Origin: Octopus bimaculoides
Taxonomy: Eukaryota
Length of the DNA stretch: 64,000 nucleotides
Assembly (NCBI RefSeq): GCF_001194135.2
Contig: NC_068986.1
Span: 66,112,073-66,176,072, forward strand
Direction: 5' to 3'
Shown: one piece after another, positions 54,310 through 64,000 of the stretch
Layout of the letters: the number at the start of each line of letters is the position of its first letter
How positions within the stretch are numbered: position 1 is the first letter of the stretch
The notes under the pieces: model-generated
Told to the model about the DNA's origin: nothing
Seen by the model: only the letters and a program-made list of their open reading frames with translations
The model's database searches: none
Program-made: the position numbers and the translations under genes

Positions 54310-55658
54310 AGAAGTAGGAAGGTAGAAAAAACACAAACCCCTTCAGGTAGATGGCCCTGCTCAGTATGTAGAAAAGGAGTAGGTAGTAACTCTATAAGAT
54401 GTACCCGGTGCAAGCTATGGACACACAAGAGGTGCAGCAACATCAAAGGCAGGTTAACTAGCAAGTTAGTTTTTGTTTGTGGCAGATGTTCAGGTGCAAT
54501 AAAGACTGTAAACAAACAGGAAACAACTTCTATCTCATTCCAGGTTGAAAAACTAGAGGTAGTCGATAGCTTCCGCTANNNNNNNNNNNNNNNNNNNNNN
54601 NNNNNNNNNNNNNNNNNNNNNNNNNNNNNNNNNNNNNNNNNNNNNNNNNNNNNNNNNNNNNNNNNNNNNNNNNNNNNNNNNNNNNNNNNNNNNNNNNNNN
54701 NNNNNNNNNNNNNNNNNNNNNNNNNNNNNNNNNNNNNNNNNNNNNNNNNNNNNNNNNNNNNNNNNNNNNNNNNNNNNNNNNNNNNNNNNNNNNNNNNNNN
54801 NNNNNNNNNNNNNNNNNNNNNNNNNNNNNNNNNNNNNNNNNNNNNNNNNNNNNNNNNNNNNNNNNNNNNNNNNNNNNNNNNNNNNNNNNNNNNNNNNNNN
54901 NNNNNNNNNNNNNNNNNNNNNNNNNNNNNNNNNNNNNNNNNNNNNNNNNNNNNNNNNNNNNNNNNNNNNNNNNNNNNNNNNNNNNNNNNNNNNNNNNNNN
55001 NNNNNNNNNNNNNNNNNNNNNNNNNNNNNNNNNNNNNNNNNNNNNNNNNNNNNNNNNNNNNNNNNNNNNNNNNNNNNNNNNNNNNNNNNNNNNNNNNNNN
55101 NNNNNNNNNNNNNNNNNNNNNNNNNNNNNNNNNNNNNNNNNNNNNNNNNNNNNNNNNNNNNNNNNNNNNNNNNNNNNNNNNNNNNNNNNNNNNNNNNNNN
55201 NNNNNNNNNNNNNNNNNNNNNNNNNNNNNNNNNNNNNNNNNNNNNNNNNNNNNNNNNNNNNNNNNNNNNNNNNNNNNNNNNNNNNNNNNNNNNNNNNNNN
55301 NNNNNNNNNNNNNNNNNNNNNNNNNNNNNNNNNNNNNNNNNNNNNNNNNNNNNNNNNNNNNNNNNNNNNNNNNNNNNNNNNNNNNNNNNNNNNNNNNNNN
55401 NNNNNNNNNNNNNNNNNNNNNNNNNNGGCACATAAAAGACACCATTTCGAGCGTGGCCATTTTCGTGCGGGTGACACGTAAAAGCACCCACTACACTCTC
55501 TGAGTGGTTGGCGTTAGGAAGGGCATCCAGCTGTAGAAACTCTGCCATATTAGACTGGAGCCTGGTGTTGCCATCCGGTTTCACCAGTCCTCAGTCAAAT
55601 CGTCCAACCCATGCTAGCATGGAAAGCGGACGTTAAACGATGATGATGATGATGATGA
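54310..55658 (+). mobile_element. 5'-truncated young RTE LINE copy spanning the N-gap 54579-55426
   Basis: The left part is an open frame SRKVEKTQTPSGRWPCSVCRKGVGSNSIRCTRCKLWTHKRCSNIKGRLTSKLVFVCGRCSG...EKLEVVDSFRY. The right part is the RTE 3' UTR with a (GAT)n tail. The total span is similar to the equivalent part of the 33.9-36.0 kb copy. Confidence 0.85.
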
Positions 55659-56084
55659 TTTAGTCCAGACAAGTTTGCACAAAGGAGATTAATTTGATTC
55701 ATTTTTTTTTTCTCTCTCTTCTCTCTTTTGGTAACAAAAATGCTAGTTTAAGAAAAGTGTATTTTGTATGAAAATTTTTTCTTGAATTCCTTAACCAGAA
55801 AGGAAAGAGCCATATTTAAGACTTTTGTAGGCTCTCTTAAAATGATGAGATGAGCTGATTCAGCTTTAACATCTGTAGATCAACAACTACAGATAGAAAA
55901 TGTGGGGGAAGGGGAAATTTTAATGATGCAGCATCTCTGAAGCATGTTAATAGCAAAATAAGAAAAATTTCTTTATTTTTCTACTGGTTTCTGTCTTGGA
56001 TTGTAGCCAAGCTAGGGCACTACTTGAAGGGATTTTATCAGTTTGATTGACACACCTCACAACTATTGTCTGTTGTTTTCTCAC

Positions 56085-56473
56085 TCTCTCTTTTACTCTT
56101 TTACTTGTTTCAGTCTTTTGACTGTGGCCATGCTGGAGCACCGCCTTTAGTCGAGCAAACCGACCCCAGGACTTATTCTTTACAAGCCTATCGGTCTCTT
56201 TTGCTGAACCGCTAAGTTATGGGGACATAAACACACCAACATCGGTTGTCAAGCGATGTTGGGGGGACAAACACAGACACACAAACACATACACACATAT
56301 GTATATACGACGGGCTTCTTTCAGTTTCCGTCTACCAAATCCACTCACAAGGCTTTGGTCGGCCCGAGGCTATAGTAGAAGACACTTGCCCAAGATGCCA
56401 CGCAATGGGACTGAACCCGGGACCATGTGGTTGGTAAGCAAGCTACTTACCACACAGCCACTCCTGCGCCTAT
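56085..56473 (-). mobile_element. tRNA-type SINE family A, full length
   Basis: Head TAGGCGCAGGAGTGGCTGTGTGGTAAG...GGGTTCAGTCCC with A- and B-box-like motifs, an internal (TA/TG) microsatellite and an (AGTAAAAG)n tail. Confidence 0.85.
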
Positions 56474-56480
56474 AAAAGGG

Positions 56481-56589
56481 AAAATGCTTACAGCACCTAG
56501 GTTTCCCAAGTGGTCACCCATCTAAGTACTAACTAGGCTCGATGTTGCTTAACTTCGGTGATCAGACGAGAACCGGTGCTTTCAACGTG
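56481..56589 (-). pseudogene. 5'-truncated 5S rRNA copy (probable pseudogene)
   Basis: The minus strand reads CACGTTGAAAGCACCGGTTCTCGTCTGATCACCGAAGTTAAGCAACATCGAGCCTAGTTAGTACTTAGATGGGTGACCACTTGGGAAACCTAGGTGCTGTAAGCATTTT. This is recognisable animal 5S rRNA with box A and box C regions and a T-run end, lacking about the first 14 nt. It is a single copy, not a tandem array. Confidence 0.9.
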
Positions 56590-57223
56590 AACTTTTTGGA
56601 TACTAACCTATCTGAGACCACCCCTGTTTCTATGATAAAATTTTACCATTTTATTTTAAAGTGATCTAAATTAAAGCTTTCCTTCAAAATTCCATGTTAA
56701 TTTATATTCCAAACTCCAGCTTAAAATTGACAAAATTATTTAAAAATCTTTTTTATTTTTAGAAATATAGTAATGAAAGAGTTAACTGCAAACTCCACAT
56801 AAGAACTCAGCAAATGAGTATTTCTGCTCAACGCACTAAATTATCATCAATAAACACAACATGCACAAAAGAAGCCTGTACAGTTTCTGCCTACCTACCA
56901 CTAGTCAAAATTATATAATCTTGATTTTATATATATATGCATGTATATATAATCTTGATTAGTGGTTGGATGGGTTATCACAGTCTAAGGTACCACATAT
57001 TCGAAGCTACTTCTTTCATAGACAGATATTTATACGTAGCATTTTGGCTCAGTTTCTATGGATGGATGCCCTTCCCATTGCTAACCCTCTTCAAAGTGAA
57101 TGGGGGGGGGCATTTTCTAATGCAAAAGAGATGTTGGTAAGACAAAAGGCACTTCACAAACCTATGCTTTCTCCACAGAGTTATGAAGTCACTTTTATCC
57201 TGTTAGAGTTATAGCATAAATGT

Positions 57224-57700
57224 TTAACTCTTCAGCATTTAAACTGGCCACCTCTTTTATGTTGAAACTGGACAGACCTGGCCTCTCACACATACCCTAC
57301 AATGTCATTCTAAAAAATAAACAATCACATCATTGAAATCTCAAAGCCACAAGATAATGTATGATTAATTCAGAACATTGTGAATAAATACATGTCTGGT
57401 AAGTTCAGCATCATCAATTCACCACAGGGAAAGTTCACCACACAAAATTTTTGACAATTTTTCAACTTCAATTTTTCTCTCATTTTTACAATAAAATAAT
57501 TTTTAACTATTAATGGTGAGATACTATGGATATATATCATCGGTAAACTTTCCTCACAGTGAACTTCACTCACAGTGAATTTTCTTCACAGTGAATTGAT
57601 GGCAGTGAACTTACCTGTGATGAATGGATGGTGGTGAACTTATGTGTAATTGAATAAATAAGCATTGCATTTCAGAGTAGTCTGAATGCTAAAGGGTTAA
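57224..57700. mobile_element. TTAA MITE copy carrying a nested ~260-bp insertion (57391-57650)
   Basis: The MITE sequence is interrupted, with TGAATAAATA duplicated at 57381-57390 and 57651-57660. Confidence 0.7.
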
Positions 57701-58072
57701 GACAGCTTAAGTATAAATTATACATGTGACAGTCCAGTACAGTCAATATCAGAAGAAAATTATTTAATCCCAACATTAGAGTTGAACCATATATCTTTCA
57801 GAGCAATCAAGTTACTAATTACATCAACTGAACTCCAACCGAATTTAACTTTTAAGATTAGCAAATCTATGAGGATTCTGGACAATTTTGCAGTTGCTTA
57901 AGGACCAACAGACAGGCTATACCAACTAATTTCTAACAACCTAGTATCATATTAAACTTCTTTTACATTTATGATAAAGAAACCTCAGAATGTGATCTGA
58001 AATTATTGATAACACAAGATTATTATAAATATAAATTATATATATATATATGACACACACATATAAACATAT

Positions 58073-58104
<32 letters not shown>

Positions 58105-58107
<3 letters not shown>

Positions 58108-58315
58108 GGTGCATTCCAGAAGTTTTGAGACTTGTTTAGGAGAGACAGTTAAACTGTCCTTGATTACTGTAATTTTAGTTTATCATTACTATACATCCAA
58201 TAAGCCGACCTGCCAGCTCCTGTTATTCCAGATTGAAGGAGACACCTGTAACAAGCCTTTAAACTTATCTAGTTAAACACTGTTTATCACAGCTGACTAA
58301 TTTACAAGATGCAGT
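58105..58315. mobile_element. Possible mariner terminal fragment
   Basis: Begins caaggtgcattccagaagttttgagact right after (CA)n, resembling a mariner TIR. No second end or coding part was seen. Confidence 0.3.
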
Positions 58316-59039
58316 GGGGATATTTGGACGCTCACTATGCACCCCGCTCTTTGTTCTTCACGATTTCCACCTCAACATTCTACTGACTTCCACCTATCAC
58401 TGTGCATCCTTCTCTCACCCATTCTTACACTTCACCTCATTTCTCTATTTTTCATTTATCTATGGTTTTATTATACTGTTGCTATGCACCCCTCTCATAT
58501 TCACCTTCTTGTGCCTTGAGAGTACACCCTGACACCTCATCACCACCATCTCTTCTTTCTCTCCAGCTGGGGAAGCCCTGTATTTCCTCTTTAGCAAGAC
58601 ACCTGTTCCTGTCCCTCAATCATATATTCACTTCTCAATGCCTAGCATAAAGTCACTTCTCTTGATACTACACCCCACCTCATTCCACTGATTTGAAGAG
58701 GTCCTGTCGGGTGAGTTACTTGGTGACCTCAGAAGTGCTGGTGCAGCAAAAAAAATTTAAAAAAAGAACACAGTACCTACTTTCAAGTGGCTGGTGTTAG
58801 GATGAGCATCCAGGTATAAAAAATATGCCAAAACAGATGTTAAAGTTTGATGCAATCCTCTAACTCATCAGATCCTGTTGAACTGTTCAACCCATGCTAG
58901 CAAGGAAGATGGTTGTTAAATGACGATAATGATGATGATGATGATGATGATACATATTAGGTTAGGAATACCCATCTTCATGTGTGTCTATACCAGGACA
59001 AATACAATCTAGTGTTGTCATTTGCATTGTTTTCCTCCA

Positions 59040-59640
59040 ATAAATTGAGATAGCTAGGCTTGGACTCCAGATCTGTGAGCCTCACAAATGTCACTGCGGA
59101 TCCACTATGGATTCTTTCAGCCTCCACCCATTGTCATGCTCTTTTAGTGCTGGCTGCCTTCCACCCTTAAATCATAAAGCATGGCCCAGATGCCATAGGC
59201 TTCCTTTCCCAGCTCAAGTCAGTTGGGCTACACTGAGGGAATAGTAAAAGGCCTGACTGTATGACAATTTTCCCATTCTGTGACAGCAGACACCACCCAC
59301 ATCTGGGATGCGACATACTGTGACACCTTCTTCAGCCATAATTTGGTGTGTTCAGCTACCAGCCCAGGCTCCGATGCACATCAAGCTGATGAAAAGCAAC
59401 TGTCAAAGTTTCAGTCACTCTGACAAATTTATTTATGTTTGAGCCAGTGGCAGTGGAGACCTCCAGCATTCTCAGTCCCCCTAGACCATATTCCTGCTCA
59501 CCACCATCAGGGTGGAGATGGCTGTCCACAAAAGCAAGCCCCATGAGTTATTGACAGTAGCTGTTCCAGCACATCTCCCTTGCCATACTTTGAAGCAATG
59601 CAGTTTCCATTTTGTCTGCTGAGACCATGATGTGGTCTGA
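59040..59640 (+). mobile_element. Decayed relic of an RLE-encoding (CRE-like) non-LTR retrotransposon C-terminus
   Basis: Fragments across frames read ICEPHKCHCGS (zinc knuckle), KRPDCMTIFPF, IWDATYCDTF and FEPVAVETSSIL, matching the knuckle + PD..D..K restriction-like endonuclease layout. Confidence 0.6.
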
Positions 59641-61398
59641 ATTACAAGAAATTGAGAGAGTGTAAGAATTTTGTAGCTTATACTAAATTACTACATTTAA
59701 TGTGGTAATTTAGTTAAGCTAATGTTTCGTTCAAGTGGTTAGATGTTACCGTTTTAATTTGTATAGTAATAGGGTGGATGTAATCAACTAAAACTCTTCA
59801 GGATGGTATCTAAGCATGGCAGCAATGTATGAGTTTAATGACCTAACAAACTTTCCTATAATCTCTAACATAATCAATGACTAATATAATCTCTAACATA
59901 ATCAATGACTTTTCTTTTATGTCTTAATTTGTACACCATTATTTTACTGTATACTTTTAAACCCCTTTTTCTTACTGAAACATCTACATTCATAATTTGC
60001 TCCACCCAGACTCACTGCTGTAGCTACTGCTGCTGCTGCTGTTGTTAGCAACAAGATACCAGTAACCTATATAATAGAACTTCCCAAAAAGCTAGGAGGG
60101 AAACAATTCAGCTTTGTGACTGCAGACAATAACTTTAGCAGGGAATTAATGACAGTTTGTAAGCAAACACTTGTCTAGTGATATAGCCTAAATAACTGGA
60201 GGACAACACTTTATCAGAGAGAGAGAGAGGCAGAGAGAGAGGGGCACAGAGAGAGGGGAGGAAGGGGGGACTATAGCTGACCAAGCAGGCATACATACAG
60301 TCATACATACATAAACAAGAGGATTGTTGTAGTAATAAGGTAGGGGTTGGGGAGTCAGGTGGAAGGCAGAAAGGAGAGAAAAAGAAGGAAACAACCACCA
60401 CCTTCTACACGCACACACAGGAAATGGGCGTGGAACAAATAGAGACAAAACTTTTTGCCTGACCTTAATTGTATTGGGACATTTGGCTGGCATCAAGTGT
60501 TGCAGGTATAGAAAGACAGACAGTTACATGTAAGATAAAGATGAGGAATAGAATAAGATTTTAAACAACCCCTACTCCCCAGGGAAAGTTGTTTTTTTTT
60601 AGAGGCCCTTCACAGAGAAGTCTATATCTTCAGGAGTATTTTACAATATATAGTTTCACCAACCACCCATGCAACCTACTCCACTTACAACAAAAACTAA
60701 TAAATATTAAACACAGTCACCATTTAATAAAATACATAATTATCAATGAGGAAGTCTCTCTCCATGGTTACTTGACCTACTTGAAATAGCAGTCATACTT
60801 CCCTCAATTTATACCATAGGATTTTTAAAATAAATACACATATACATAAACATATATAAATACATAATATATATATATATATGTATATATATCTATATAT
60901 ATATGTGCATATATACACATATACATAAATATATATAAATACATAATATATATATATATACACGCACACATATACACACACACCTTTGAGACACAAAGTA
61001 GACATTTTTCCCAAGTGAGTGTATGTAAAATGATTTTCTTTTCTTCTAAGCTGGAAAGCCTTCCTATATCAAACCACTCAAGAGTGAAGTTGTAATGTTA
61101 TCAAGCAATCTGGAGCAAATAAAATTATATAGCCCACCAAGGAGGACACAACACAATGGCCCTTTTGTCAGGTTTGAACTCAGCAACTTATTCTCATACT
61201 CATCACACTTTTATATTACTTGTACAGACACTCAAAATTACATAACAACCATAAAATAATAGAAATTTTAGAAATATATCATTTCATGGAACAGCAGTTA
61301 CTCTTTATACACAGGGAAACTCAAATATTTAAAGCAATCAGCTATTTTAAAAGAAAAAAATCATCAAAATGTTTATGTAGACATCTAATATACATATA

Positions 61399-62279
61399 CA
61401 GGGTGTGGTGAATATATTGTCGTCTAAATCATGCAAAAATGAAAATAACACTGGCATCTCATCTTAACAGATATATTTACCAAAATTACATAAAAATATC
61501 TTGAAATACTAATGAGTAAATATATTCAATAAAATCGTTATTGGCTTCAACCATGGCCTCTAGACAACTTCGGAATCTCCTGCAACTCATCTGGACGGTC
61601 TCCTTGTTTAAGTTAGTGAATGCTGCCATAATCCTTGCCTTCAGTTTATCTTTAGTGTTAGAAAGGAGTTTTGTGGTCTCTCACTCAACTGTGCCCCACA
61701 CATAATAATCAAGGGGGTTGCAGTCTGAGGAGTTAGGTGGCCAGATGTTAGGGGGTGATGTGATCACAGAAATTTTATTACAGCCGTAATTTGGTTCTCC
61801 TGCTTGTGTGGCATGGTGCAGAGTCCTGTTGTTAGACACAGGATCTTCTAGCAGTCACCCTCTTGACAAGGACAGCACTACCACCACCAAGCATTTGATG
61901 TAGGCCTCCGTATTGAGTGTGAGGCTGTGTGGGAAGATGAATGACGGCATATCATTACCATCACTAGCAATCACTCCAAACACCATGATGTCAACTGGAT
62001 GTTTGATTTTTATCACTCTCGGTACACGTTATGGGGACACAACAAGCCAACTGTTATTCTATGTGTTCACCATCTGTTCCTATTGAAGCTTCCAGTGCAA
62101 ATGCCAAACAGTACAGCATGTCATTTCTGGCAGAGTGAATTGCGTCATAGTGCTCTTTTTCTCACATCAGTGCCCAATTGACTCTACTATACAGTGTAGT
62201 AAAAAAAACTCAAAAACGAACAATGTGCATGCACAAAATTAAAAATATAAATTGGCAACAATTTACCCATCGCACCCTC
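61399..62279 (-). mobile_element. Internally deleted Tc1/mariner element, DD37D (maT)-like
   Basis: TA-flanked imperfect TIRs (cagggtgtggtgaatatattgtcg versus gagggtgcgatgggtaaattgttg). The minus-strand peptide is QQDSAPCHTSRRT...NIWPPNSSDCNPLDYYVWGTVE...AAFTNLNKETVQMSCRRFRSCLEAMVEANNDF. Confidence 0.85.
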
Positions 62280-62294
62280 TAAATACATATATAT

Positions 62295-62403
62295 GAGCCT
62301 GGTGTTGCCATCCGGTTTCACCAGTCCTCAGTCAAGTCGTCCAACCCATGCTAGCATGGAAAGCGGACGTTAAACGATGATGATGATGATGATGATGATG
62401 ATG
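62295..62403 (+). mobile_element. Very short RTE LINE 3' end
   Basis: gagcctggtgttgccatccggtttcaccagtcctcag...ttaaac(gat)n. Confidence 0.8.
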
Positions 62404-63222
62404 TATACATACATACATGGTGGTTGTCCATTCCTTACGCAGAGACTGACCACCTCTTGTATTTACACCTTACATCCATCATGGTATCTGATGTGGCTTT
62501 TTAAACCAATGTATTGAAAAGACACCCACATAGATTGCATGTCTGATTTGGAACACCAAGAACTGCAGTTAAGTTCTGAAAAATAAATGTTTGTATGTTA
62601 ATCTTGGCTTTCCTGCTGATGATAGCTGGCCTAGCAAATTATTTAATTTTACTGAAAATAGCTTGAAACCATTGGTTCAGGAAATAGATGGTAAATGTTT
62701 TTATTTTTCATCCCCTTTTGAAATTATCTCTAATTGTGGTTTGGAGTTTTGACTGCTCCTTCTAGCGGGTTAGATGTCCTATTATGGACATCTCTCTTAT
62801 GAGTTTAAATGTACACTGTACGTATTTATATGAATAATATATAGTCCATTGACTAGTTTTTTCTTCTCGCTAGACCACTGGTAGCAAAAAGAATTTCTAA
62901 AAGTTTTTTGCTACCCTGAGATTTATTAATAATGATATAATGATTTTTTTGCTAATTTCTGAAAGAAAAATCAGCATTTTTTGTATTTGCTGCCAATAAG
63001 AAAACCACACATGTGCGGTAGATATGAAAAATTATAACATATAATCACGAGGCATGTTTCTATGTATTGCCTCGTGTTTATATGTTAATCTGGCTTTCCT
63101 GCCAACGATAGCTGGCGTAGCAAATTATTTTATTTTGCTGAAAATAGCTTGAAACCATGGTACAGGAAATAGATGGTAAATGTTTTTATTCTTCATTCCT
63201 CTCGATATTATCCCTAATTGTG

Positions 63223-63960
63223 ACAAGCTAGAGGTAGTAGATAGCTTCCATTATCTAGGAGACCAAGTTAGTAGTGGAGGTGGATGCTCCGAGAGCTCCG
63301 ACCCCTGCTGACAACCAAGGGCCTCTTTCATAGAGTGACAGGCAGATTGTTTGATGCCTGTGTGCAAACAACTATGTTGCATGGCAATGGAACATGGGCT
63401 ATGACAGCCAAGGATGTGCAATGTCAGAGTGCATGTTCAACAGAGTGTAAGCATCTTGAGAGAAAAGTTAGGCATAAGAGGAATCAGATGTGATGTGCAA
63501 GAGAAACGACTGCACTGGTATGGTCATGTGATGCATATGGGAGCTTGAGAGGACCCATGAAGCCAAGTGCACCCATGCAGGTGGCATGTAAAGAACATCT
63601 TTTGAATATTGGACCTCACAAATGCAAAGTGGCTGAGTTCCTTTCATGCATCGGGTCTCACAGAGGCAAAGTGGCTGAGTTCCTTTCGAGTGTTGGGCTT
63701 CACGGAGGCAATGACCAAGATGTTTGGCATTATATCATGCTTGAAAAGAAGATACCAGTATCACGCAAATTGACACCCATGCAGGTGGCATACAAAAGCA
63801 CCCATTACACTCTTGGAGTGGTTGGCGTTGGGAAGGGTATCCAGCTGTAGAAAAGCATGACAAATCAGACTAGAATCTGGTGCAGCCTTCCAGCGTGCCA
63901 GCCCAGTCAAACCGTCCGATCCATGCCAGCATGGATAATGGATGTTAAATGATGATGATA
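63223..63960 (+). mobile_element. Decayed RTE LINE 3' fragment
   Basis: Begins DKLEVVDSFHYLGDQVSSGGGCSES, contains LHWYGHVM, and ends with the 3' UTR and gatgatgat. Internal deletions relative to the 34.9-36.0 kb copy. Confidence 0.85.
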
Positions 63961-63967
63961 TACACAC

Positions 63968-64000
<33 letters not shown>

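Noticed and set aside
54579-55426. Possibility that the gap hides a laminin exon
   Set aside because: Both flanks belong to one RTE copy, and the gap length fits the missing RTE segment.
57608-57620. Perfect donor-like CAG|GTAAGT on the minus strand
   Set aside because: It is part of the ~15-bp repeat unit of the nested insertion, and no laminin-like coding sequence precedes it.
59858-59910. Short tandem duplications (ataatctctaacataatcaatgact x2; also 7080-7135 and 30441-30490)
   Set aside because: These are ordinary slippage duplications with no further structure.

Overview
AT-rich animal intronic/exonic DNA with eight N-gaps and very many (TA)n, (CA)n and (GAT)n microsatellites. The repeat landscape suggests a cephalopod such as Octopus; this is inference, not a database result. 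The only host gene I can support is a laminin beta chain (LAMB1/LanB1-like) on the minus strand. I mapped 20 GT-AG exons from 50318 down to 2140 (3425 nt). Their phases chain into one open frame covering the end of the LN domain, LE1-5, the laminin IV-B (LF) domain, LE6-13 and the first part of the coiled coil. The 5' LN exons and the 3' exons are not in the window. Introns contain tRNA-type SINEs of three families, RTE-type, CR1-type and RLE-type LINE relics, two Tc1/mariner relics, TTAA-flanked piggyBac-type MITEs, hAT MITEs and a 5'-truncated 5S rRNA copy. The most notable observations are: (1) a canonical minimal hammerhead ribozyme motif at 32801-32836 and two core-variant hammerhead-like motifs in short Penelope-LTR-like elements; (2) a complete C4HC3 PHD-like finger inside the RT region of the RTE LINE; (3) a poly(A)-tailed, TSD-flanked 30-bp copy of one of the gene's own splice acceptors, lying in the next intron; (4) a 306-bp near-perfect intronic palindrome; (5) a 5S rRNA fragment abutting a SINE head.
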